A stretch of 64,000 bases of DNA. Source: Gonapodya sp. JEL0774 (taxonomy: Eukaryota). The stretch is taken from contig JADIIX010000022.1 in NCBI GenBank assembly GCA_027604505.1, positions 1-64,000 of the forward strand. Direction: 5' to 3'. The translations under genes and the position numbers were made by a program. How positions within the stretch are numbered: position 1 is the first letter of the stretch; every line of letters starts with the position of its first letter. The notes below the pieces were generated by a model that saw only the letters and a list, made by a program, of their open reading frames with translations, did not search any database and was not told the origin of the DNA. Of this stretch, positions 25,099 to 35,862 are shown piece after piece.

Positions 25099-27254
25099 AT
25101 GAGCGGCTCCAACTGGTGGGCACCGCCCGTCCACGCTCCGAACCCAAACCCAAACCCCGCATCACACGGCCCCAGTCCTGGCGGTGGTGGTGGCGCCGGC
25201 CAACCCGCACCGCAGCCGCAGCAGTGGGGTCCTGCTCCCGTTCCCGTTCCCGTTCCAGCTCCCATTCCGGGTTTTGCCGGTGTCCCGCCACCTCAACCCG
25301 GTGGAGACGCCGCCTCCCGTGCGGAATTTGAACAGTTTATGGAAGGATGGAACCGCGTGCATCCTGGTGGGGCCCAGCCTGGAGGACTCCGTGAGTACTT
25401 CGACGTGCCTTTCGCGGGTCCCTTTGTCGGGCTCTCTTTTTGCACAACGCGGTGCGGATCATTTGGTTGGAAGAGCGATATTGTGGGACTGCGGGGATGC
25501 CGTGCAGTAACGGTGGGACAGCTCGGTGGTGCTCCATGGCCCCGCATCCCCATTCTTTGGTACAGCACATGACCACAACGTCCAAGTCACCAAGCCCATC
25601 CGGACGACTTGTTGTTCCCCCTGTTTCGTCTTTTCTCCCCCTCCCCTTGAAAGGAAATCTTTTGAAAAAACCTGCCGGGTGTCGGTAAAAATTCGGAGCG
25701 CTGACTTGTTCCCCACGCTCCTCCCTCTTAGCACCCCCACTCCGACCCCCCGTCGCACCCGCACCAGTGCCCGTCGATCCACAGACTGGTGCAAGTGAGT
25801 TGCAAGGAAGGATGAGGAGTGGGATGGGAGGGGGGGGGGATTACATACCATGTGTCACCCGAGGACATCTGGTAGCGGCTGTGCCGGCGTCTCGTGGGCA
25901 CCGGTCCAAGGAAGTGCGTTGGGGCAGGCTCGCATGGGAGGACAAATGGGTAAAGAAGAAGGAATACACGAGGGCGAGAGTCGTTTATCGTCGGGGAGCC
26001 TCTCGAGGGTCAAGAGTCAGGGGAACACTGTATTGGACCTGGGTTCTCACCTCCACGCTCATTCAATCTACTATCCCTCCTTGCGTGGGGGGGGGGGGGG
26101 GGGGGGNNNNNNNNNNNNNNNNNAGTCGCCCCCGATGCATATTGGGACCCCGTCACGGGCCGCTTCGTCTCCCCTGCTCCCGTCGCCCCACTTAACCCCG
26201 CCCCGGTCGCCCCCGCCCCGGTACCGGTACCGGCCATCCCCAACCCCCCCGTCGGCCCCTACTTTGACCCGACGACGAACCGATGGGTGGTGCCCAACTC
26301 TGTCCCCGCCGTGGCTCCGCTCCCCGCCCCTGCACCCGTCCCCGTTCCGGTCCCCGCTCCCGCCGTCCGCCCCGCATCCGAGCTTCACTACGACGCCGCC
26401 ACTGGCGCATGGGTCCACGGCCCAGTCGGCTCTGGCTCCCCCCCCGTTCCTGTTCCCGCCGTGCCCCTCCCTCCCGCTCCAGTCCCGGTCGTCCCCGCCC
26501 CCGGATGGGACCCCACCGTCAACGGGGAGATTCTTCCCGCGCTCGAAAATTTCATCCCCGGTGGAAACCCTCTGAACCACCCGCCGGCGCCGGTCCAGGT
26601 CGGAGGACTGCCAGTGCCCTTGCCTGTCAACTGGGAGCAGCAGGCGCAGGCGCTGTTGCCCGCGTCGGCTGGGGGCGCAGAGGCGGTGAACTGGACTCTG
26701 GCGTTGATTATCGGTGAGTCGGATGGGGTTTGAGGCCGACACAACCGTGACTTGTCTCTGTGGACGCGTCGAGTTTCGTCGCGACTCTCCACCCTGTCGT
26801 CATGGTCTCACCATGACCCCCTCTTCCCCCACCCCCTCACTCAGGCATCCCCACCGTGATCGCCGCATCCGTTCTCGTCGCCCTCGCGGTCGTCCTCACC
26901 CGCCGTAACCGCCGCAAGAAGGTCCTCAGGTCGTACGACCGAGTAACAAGAGTATCAATGGACCCTGGTGAGCAGAGTCGGCGCAAGAAAAGGGTTCTTG
27001 GACTGATTCACCGCTTTTGTTATTTCCTTCGCACAGGCCGTGCCTCTGAAGAAGAAGACGAGACCGAAGACGAGGAAGCAACGGTGGGCGTCCAGCTCCG
27101 CACAATGCCCCCCGTCGCGTCGTCGTCCACTGCACCGGCCACGTCGTCCTCTTCGAGCAAAAAGAAGGGCAAGGAGAAGGAGAAGGGCAAGGACAGGAAG
27201 GGTAAGGTCAAGACGGGAAGGAGCAAGAAGATGGAAGACAGTGAGGAGGATTAG
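25099..27254 (+). CDS. Hypothetical Pro-rich single-pass membrane protein with basic cytoplasmic tail (spans an assembly gap)
   Basis: Pro-rich exons at 25099-25390 and about 26200-26713. The splice LALII|GIPTVIAASVLVALAVVLT gives a TM helix followed by RRNRRKK. Internal exons are uncertain; N gap at 26107-26123. Confidence 0.5.
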
Positions 27255-27673
27255 TGGGGGGAAAGGAGGGGTAAAGGGTGGAGTGCGAGAGCGCAGCGCG
27301 TGTTGGGTACTTTGTTTAGATTGGAGATAGTTTGTTGTTCGAGTTGCATCCCAACAACAGGGTTTTTTTTTCGTGAATTGAAATCGAATATTCTTTCCTA
27401 TAATGAATTTTGTGACTTGGAATCGAAACTTCTTTCCCATCATTACAAGTGCAATGCACGAACGTTCGTCCACCCACTCTCAGGTTCACCCACTCTGGGA
27501 GCTGAACTCGAGACGCGCGTCAGATTGACTGAGTTCATTATTAAAAAGCGTTTTTTGCATGAGTCAGATCTAGAGTACGATAAATAGTCCTGATGCAAAA
27601 AATGTAGTACATGCTAATACCCAGGGTGCATCTCAAGGTTCCAAAACAAAAAGGGGGAGGAGCTTGTCATATT

Positions 27674-30600
27674 TCAAGCCACGCCAACATCCACCACTTG
27701 CTGGAACGTGTTGCCGTTCCATCCCGCACCGGGGTCGGTGAACCACACGAAGAAGACGTACGGCGGGTTGGACAGTTGGGAATAGGTCAACGTGTAGGTG
27801 TAGGTGACGTAGGATCCGGACGTGGCGGCTGCGACAGAGTTGTAGCCATAGTTGGATACGAGAGCCTGGGAGTTTTTCTACAGTTGTGTGGAGAAGTGCG
27901 GTGGCGAAACGTCAATGACGGATAATTTGAACTAGCCGCCGGGTGATTCGATCCCCGCCGATAACTCACCTCATGTAGCTCCAAGAACGCGTCCTTGGGA
28001 GTGCTCGTCCAAATCCTCAGGGACACGGTAACGGAACCACCGTTCGCCGAGACTGTCGACGGGAGAGAGGTTACGTCGAAACATTGAGTGGCGGCGCCAG
28101 AACACGGGCTGGTGACGGGCGCTACTGTTGTTGTGATACGACGAGTCGTCGTGGGAACCCTTGTCGTCGTGGGAGCCCTGGTTGTCGTGATCTGTTTGGT
28201 CGTTGTCTGGGCTGGTGCCACGAGAGTCACCGGTATCACCTGAAAAAAGTATGAGATCAATTCAACTCTCTGTGCCCCACACGAGAAATGTCGCCCCAGT
28301 GAAGGAATCTTACCTGATTCCAGAGCTGACCAGACCAACCAGCGCCAGGGTTCGAGATCCAGACGAACCATTGGTATGTTGTCCCTGTGTTGAGGGCCGA
28401 CCAGTCAACTGTGAACGTGTAGGTGACATAGGTTGATCCCGTTGAAGCAGCGATCAAATTGTATGCATAGTTAGAAACGATGGCCCCCGTAGATATCTAC
28501 AAATAAGCAACCAGGATGTGAGCCGGGAAACATCGCGGTCCCCTCTTTGCAGCAAAACTCACCACGTGCAACTCCACAAATGCATCCTTGGCCGTCAATG
28601 TCCAGAAGCGTACCGTTACGGTGTATGTTCCGGCCGCGGTGGAAACCGATGTCGGGAGAGTACTCGCGTCTACACAGTATTGAGCGCCGGCACCACAAGG
28701 GCTTGAAGGTGCAGTGGTGGTGGCAGATTGAGTCGAGGTGACTCGAGTAGTGGTGCCGGTCTTAGTAACAGTATTAGTTGCTGTGAGAGTTGAAGTAGCT
28801 CTCGAAGTAGTAATTGCCGTGGTGATAACGGTCGTTGACGCTGCAGCCGTGGTGATGACTGTCGTTGGCGCTGGAGCCGTGGTGATGACTGTCGTTGGCG
28901 CTGCAGCCGTGGTGCTGACGGTCGTTGGCGCTGCAGACGTGGTTCTGACGGTCGTTGGTGCTGCAGCCGTGGTGCTGACGGTCGTTGGCGCTGCAACCGT
29001 GGTGATGGCGGTCGTTGGTGCTGCAGCCGTGGTTCTGACGGTCGTTGGTGCTGCAGCCGTGGTGATGACGGTCGTTGGTGCTGCAGCCGTGGTGATGACG
29101 GTCGTTGGCGCTGCAGCCGTGGTGATGACGGTCGTTGGCGCTGCAGCCGTGGTGATGACGGTCGTTGGCGCTGCAACCGTGGTGATGGCGGTCGTTGGCG
29201 CTGCAGCCGTGGTGATGACGGTCGTTGGCGCTGCAGCCGTCGTGATCACCTTTGTCGTTGTTACCACGACAACAGTAGCGGTCTGAGAGGGTACTCCTGT
29301 GGTAACTGCATTTGTGGTTGTAACCACAGCAGCTGCAGTGGTAGGGGCCTGAGAAACCACCCCCGTGGTGACTGCATTTGTAGTTGTGACCGCAACGGCT
29401 GCAGTGGTAGGGGCCTGAGACGTCAGTTGGGCCGTGCTTGTTCCCGGAACGGAGGTCTTGGTCTGGGACGCAGTGGTTTGGCTACGAGAATGGGAATTGA
29501 AAATTGGTCGGCGTTCAATGACAAAGGCGGTGTCTCAAACCCTTGCAGTGGAGTTTGGAGTTTCCAGTTATCAAACTACTTACGTGGGAGTGGTCTGGGA
29601 CTTGGTAGGTGTTCCCGTCGAGGTGGTTCGTGTGAGAGAAGAAGTCGTTTCACTGCAGTACAAGATCAGAGTGAGCTCCTTTCTGAAGATCCGATCCACC
29701 TGAGCCACCTACGCTGTGCTTGTTTTAGTTTCTGAGGTAGTTGTGGGAGTCTCGGTGGACGTGGTCCGTGTTTGGGTAGAGGTGGTCTCACTGAAACGGT
29801 CGGTGGAACGCTTAAAAGGCAAGACAAAAATGCTGGGCATGAGTTTCGAAGTCTCACGTAGTACTCGTTTGCGTCTCCGATGTAGTTGTTGGCGTTTCCG
29901 TAGTTGTTGGCGTTTCCGTAGTTGTTGGCGTTTCCGTAGTTGTTGTTGTAGTTTGAGTTTCTCTAGAGCGTATATACAAAGGGAGACGCTGAGAACTCGT
30001 TTGAGATGCATGATGAAAAATATTGCTTACGTTGTGCTCGTTTGCGTCTCCGATGTAGTTGTTGGCGTTTCCGTAGTTGTTGTTGTAGTTTGAGTTTCTC
30101 TAGAGCATACAAAGGGAGACGCTGAGCACTCGTTTGAGATGTATGAAGAAAAATATTGCTTACGTTGTGCTCGTTTGCGTCTCTGACGTGGTTGTTGGAG
30201 TTTCAGAAGTGGTGGTTTGCGTTTCTCTGAAACAATGTCCGCGTTTTCGCCGTTAGGTGGAGATTCATTAGAATGGGAAGATGCAAGGCTATTTGCTTAC
30301 GATGATGTGGTTTGCGTCTCTGAAGTTGTCGTTGGCGTTTCAGTTGAAGTTACCCTGACGAGTTAGGTGTACAGAGTTCGCCAAGTTGGTTGAACGCCTT
30401 CATCAAACGTTAGCACCAACTACTTACGTTTCGCTTGTCGTCGCAGTCTCAGTGCTGGTCGCACTTTCGGTACTGGTTTGTGTTGTTGTCTCGGTGGATG
30501 TACCCGAGAAAGTTTGCGTGGTCTGACTGGTCGTCGTTGACAGCGTCTTCGAAGTCGAGGTGGTAGCGCTCTTCGTTGTGGTGGCGCTAGAAGTTTTCGT

Positions 30601-33600
30601 GGTTGTGGCAGTTCTGCTCTTTGTAGTTCTGAGACGGCAGCAATCAAGGCACACACTGTTGAGGATTGGTTGTACACGTCTATCTTTCAAGAGCTGCACT
30701 CACGTCGCCGAACTTGTCTTAGTTGTTGTAGCGCTCTTTGTAGTCGTGAGAGAAGTGGTTTTGGTGGTAGTTGCGCTCTTCGTAGTGGTTTGAGATGTAG
30801 TTTTTGTCGTAGTTGCGGTCTTCGTCGTCGACTGAGAAGTAGTGCTTGATGTTTTTGTGGTAGTTTCCGAGGTAGTCGTAGTGGGCGTCTCGGTGGTTGT
30901 GGACGTGGTGAGAGACGTGGTGGACAATGTGGTTCTGGATCAATTATGAGATAAGTTACGGTTAGTTGGCGTTGCAACACATCCAACATGGGCCTCAAAA
31001 CCCACGAGGTTGTCTCGGAAGAGGTGGTTGTGCTGGGATGAAAAACATAAGCCATATGATATCACAATTCAGGTCAAGCACGCCCAGAATGTCACGTGAA
31101 ACTGAACACTCACGCGGTGGAAGATGTGGTAGTGGTCTCCATAACAATAGGACTCGCACTTTTCATAAGCAGGCACAACGCAATGCCGTGCTCAGCAACT
31201 ATGATCACCGACAACACAGTCAACTGTGCCTACTGAACTCACAAAGTTATGGGCGCACTGAGAGTGACTATTTGGGTAGTGCCAGGACTTAAAGAAACAA
31301 CAATGGTCTACGTATCCATTTCCTGTTAGCCTCTGTGGCTGGTTCTAGGGAACGAATTTTCGGAAACTCACCGCAAAATCGTTACCAATCTTCTCAATCG
31401 TCTGACCCGCCGCCACCACGACGCTTGCTGGCACTGTGATCCTTGCTTTGCAAGTTCCCGTGCTCGTTATGTATATTTTCTGGATCGAACTGGTTCCGTC
31501 CGCGTTGTTGACCAAATCATACGACGTTGACACACCACAAGCCGTCCTTGTCATCCGCTCAGCATAAAGGTCGTATAAATCATCGCCTTTCAAGCTACAG
31601 TGGAGTAAAACGTGAGCGATTTACGAATGTCAACCAGCAAAACAATGTGCAAATTACACACCTGACAACGGGCCAATCTACCAATGCCAGGTAGACTGAA
31701 AGAACTTTTTCCGTCCACTGTGCCAGAACTCCCAATTGTCCAGTTTTGCCGCCAACAGTGACTGTGGGCATGTCCACAGTGCGCAGGTTGGCTTGATGAA
31801 ACATCTTATGTTGCGCAATATCAGCATGTATCGCAATATTTCTTTCTGTTGTCCAGTGATGGAAAGGATACTCACCACGGGATCATGGCGAATGGAAAGG
31901 AACAACTGAAGCTGACGCGCTCCTTCGCGGTCGAGAATTTGATCCCAAGTTGACATTCCAAGAGTTTGGTTGTACATGATCTAAAGGAATGGAACATCTT
32001 CGTTAGTAAAAGCTATCGATTGGCATTGCAGAGAAAGCACCGACATTGTAGATGTATTCGATCTCGGAGGGAAGTGTGACAAAGTAGTAAACATGGCACG
32101 GCCACCTAGATTACAAAGTGCGAGGGTCGCATGGAATCACAACAAGACCTAAAACTCTCAACAGTACCGACCTTGGAATGACAGTATAGCCGGCGTAGTT
32201 CGATGAGTCCAGAGTGGTGATCCAGAACTCAAAGGGGTTTGCGGGCGTCAGCAATGGTCTGTGACGTCATACCGTATTTGTTTAACTAGAAAGAAATAAA
32301 TCCAATCGGCAACGGTCGAACCTTGAGTTATCGCCGACAATTCCAACGATGCCGAAGTCCTTCAAAGCTTTCAGTGCATATTCTGTATGTGTCGGCAGAG
32401 AATTCAGCATTCGAACTCTAGCGAGATGGCTCCAAATGACTCATCTAAATGACTCACCATTGTGCATACCACTGATTTGTGGGGTCACCATCGTCTTATT
32501 GTTCCAGTAGCTTTTCCCTTGCAACCCAAGGAAGGAAGATCCGGCCATTTTGTAGTTCACAGAGAGTTCTGAATCCAATACAAAAGTTAGAATCATGGCA
32601 CTTGCAACCATATAACCGTTTGTCCATCTGCCTCACCGTTAATAACATCGGAGTACGATGTGTTGTCCAAATTCTCATGCTGGAATAGAAGTGATCGAAA
32701 GTGCTCGTATAAGGATGTGTCCAACATGGCGATTGTTACAACCAAACGAACCGTGAATGTGTGGGAAGCGTATGTGAATGCACCAGTGGCCAAGAAGCTG
32801 GTTTTCATGGCACTGTAGAGGGGATCCTTGCGAAGATCTGTGTCCGACCACGCAGTGCTGAACGTTGTTGGCCAGCCTGACAGAGCGTCCGAGATTCAAA
32901 TTACAAAGAGCGACGTGCCACTAGAGCCATTGTACGATCACTCACGGACGTCTGCTGCAGCACCTGCAGGCTTGATGAACTCTACCGGTACGTGACTCTC
33001 AGTGTCAATGTCAATGAGCAGTTCGGACTGAATCACTTCGAGTATTCCGTTGCCGTTGTATGCCGGCTCGATTTTGAAGCTGCTTCCAGCTGGGAGTCTC
33101 GAGTTCAGGTCAGTCTGCCAGGCAGCAACTGCTTGAAGATCAGCAATGGTGCATCGGAAATTGTAAGAAGCAACAGTGTTTGTGGGGGTGATCTCAGTTG
33201 TGACTTCAACGAGGCGATTTTCATCCATTTATGGTCTTCGTTAGAAGCAGTACGCAAAGATAATAATTATCTTGGAAGAAACTTACGGAACAAATCATCG
33301 ACCTGATTCAGCAGAAGGGTACGCCTCCAACCAGGCAAGAGCCCACGTAAGCCCCAAGCGAGCCACATGTGATCGAGCCACAGAGAAGTCGAGCTAACAA
33401 CACACAAATCTCAGAAGAGCTTCACATTTCTTGCCCTGTTGAGAGCATGGTACGAACCTCCACCATCCGAAACTAGTGTAAAAGCGCATCACTTCGCGCC
33501 CGCTGGGGAGATGCAAACGAGGAGTGACATAATGAAAAGTGATTAAATCATGCTAGGATAAAAAAAAAGCAAGTATGAAAGACCACGTACTCGGTGTGAT

Positions 33601-34780
33601 TGATGACAGCACACGCGATGGAAGCAGATGGAAAACTTGCGCTCGCGCCGAGTGTGGCGCAAGTTGTGACGTTTGCAATGGTGGACGGAAGGGGTGAGTA
33701 AATAGTCGCTGGGTCTACGGAGACAATCAAAGCGACAAGCAAAAGGCGTTGAAGGGATCCTTGTTGTGGCAACAGAAACAGACTGGCAAAGTTAACTGGA
33801 TCTCACAGTGGTAGAGCCCGGTGGTGTCCAGACTCCCGGAAGACTTCAATTTGGCCAGGCCCGCAAACTCGGGCGCGATTGTGATGGCTTGGACCTCGCT
33901 CGTCCCACCCAATGCAAGGGTGCCTTCCGAAGGAGTCGGATAATCGTTGAGCACAATTCGGCGGATCGAGTAGGCCCGTTCGTAGTCTTCGATCTGGCAT
34001 TAAAATTTCGACAGACAAAAAGTTTCGTAATGTCCATGGTTTAGATTGCGTGCAAACAGCCCCACTCACGTATGACCACTGTGCAGCAGTGAGGGCCGAC
34101 TCGTACAGTCCTGATGCGCTGTTGTACTGGATGCATGCATCGACAGGAGAAACGTCCAGATTTATGATCGTGCACTTATCGATGATGTACGCTTTCAGGA
34201 ATGTGTCCAACTCACGTATGCTAGACTCGACGATGTCAGCAAAATCAATGCATACTTAGGAGAGCCATCGGCGTTGAAGAGAGGTATGTTCCCGGAATAG
34301 CCAGTTTGAGGAACAGAGATTGTGTCCCAGGGTATCTCATAACCATTGAAAGTATGTTCGGGTGCTGGCAGGTGGTGGAATACGTGCCGGTTTGAGAGTG
34401 TCCGAAAATAGAAGTCCCACCATCGAAGTCAAGAAACAGGCGAAAGATGAGCCATAAAACGCTATTTAGACGAAAACATCCGCTCTGGTCTTCTTTTGCG
34501 GAAGCCTGGAGGAAACCCAGTTTGTCCGGAAGGTGGGTGGATCCCACCTCGTAAAAGCTCCACTTCCACGGTATCAGACCGACATCAAACCTTCCTCGAC
34601 CATTTTCGCGACATCGTTTAAGGAAATCTTCGGGCGGCACTCACCATCTTGGCCGCCATTATCGTTTGTGAGAATCAGCACGCGGTGTCCGACTCTGACC
34701 GTCACGACAGCCATCATTCCCGGAATGCTGCACAGCAGGAGAATCCCGCAGAGCAGGAGAATAGACAGGGATCGCGCCAT
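27674..34780 (-). CDS. Secreted Agd3-like (CE18) polysaccharide deacetylase plus long Thr-rich stalk and two C-terminal beta-rich repeat domains; many exons
   Basis: Signal peptide MARSLSILLLCGILLLCS. Agd3-type motifs YESALTAAQW, GLYH, NQVDDLF, LPAGSSFKIEPAYNGNG, SHTFT|H, PQISGMHNG, VGDNS, IPR|WP, MFHQANL. Phase-compatible splicing continues into the Thr-rich exons; stop at 27674-27676. Confidence 0.88.
28815..29250 (-). repeat. 30-bp coding tandem repeat (VITTAAAPTT x ~14)
   Basis: Unit GTCGTTGGCGCTGCAGCCGTGGTGATGACG with variants on the + strand. Confidence 0.95.
29860..30226 (-). repeat. Tandemly duplicated exon+intron units in the Thr-rich stalk
   Basis: Intron text TACAAAGGGAGACGCTGAG-ACTCGTTTGAGATG..GAAAAATATTGCTTAC and the flanking exon sequence recur at about 29975-30050 and 30108-30183. 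Confidence 0.85.
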
Positions 34781-35862
34781 GGTGGACGACTGGCGGGCGA
34801 AACCGTGGGAACTTCTTGGTGCGAGGTGACGGAAAAGTAAGTATCTGGGCTTGTGGCGTGGTCTTGAGGGTGCCTGCCTTGGGCTTTATTATTGCCTTTC
34901 CACAATAGGATTATGTGGGGTATTATAAGGTCATTAATGGCAATCAACACGGATGAAACAGCAAGAAATCTTGAGTGCCTGCATTACGAAATTGGTAATA
35001 GCTTCACTTGGCAGCCTTCTCATCCATTCCTGTATGGCCAAGCTTTATTCGCCCATGGCCCAAACCCCCTCCACCTCGGGGAAATTATAGCATCGTGGCT
35101 TCATGTTCATCGCATGCTTCTCAAATCAGACACCTGCCATACCGTGGCCGCACTTTTCCCAAACGCTCTCTGAAGCTCAGCAGATTGCTTATTGTCGTCA
35201 AAATCATCATTTTCCAACAAATCACTTCCCATCCGAGTAGCTCTTTTTACACAGTTTTCTCTAAGCATTTTTTTTTGACTCTGCGATTGTTAGATTGATC
35301 TTTGCATACAATTGTCTTCTGGATATGACATTGCCCAAAATGGAAACACGTGGCCCCACCGCAGTCCGTGGCCGTGTGGCGCCAATAATTAACTTTCATG
35401 TGAATCGTTTTCGTACAGGAGCACGTAATGTCACTACATTTGCATCTTTGCCTAGGACATTGGTCTCCAATTCAATTGGTGGTGGGATCAACACAACTTG
35501 TAGTGGATGTAAGTATGGAGCTTGCGCTCTCGGGAGTGGTTTACCACGTGTACCTTACACACTGTGAGTAACAGGTACAGAAAATTCGCTGTTGTGGGAG
35601 ATTTATGATGGTATGGTCCGCCTTGATCAATTCTGCGCAACATGCATGGCACCGCACAGAACGCTTCCTCGACAATCAGTCATCTGAATAATACGTATAA
35701 AAGTCCAAGGTAGGCTCTAGCAATGATTGTGTGTCCACATATATAGCATATAGTGTACTTGACAGGTGACGTAGAAGACCGCGAAATTGTGTCAATCTTC
35801 GTGAAGGAACATACCACCACCTCTCCCACCCAGTTTACCGTCACCAAAATCCTTGCATAGTT

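Noticed and set aside
12900..27000. Many overlapping 100-400 aa ORFs in the GC-rich domain
   Set aside because: Expected from stop-codon scarcity at high GC; several read through introns or N gaps.
27355..27610. Possible MITE with a short internal direct repeat (TGA.TTG.AATCGAA..TTCTTTCC)
   Set aside because: No matching inverted termini; too short and degenerate to call.
28670..29286. Long alternative-frame and antisense ORFs (28738-29286 plus, 28670-29176 minus) and a CRISPR-like appearance
   Set aside because: Shadows of the 30-bp coding repeat; there are no unique spacers.
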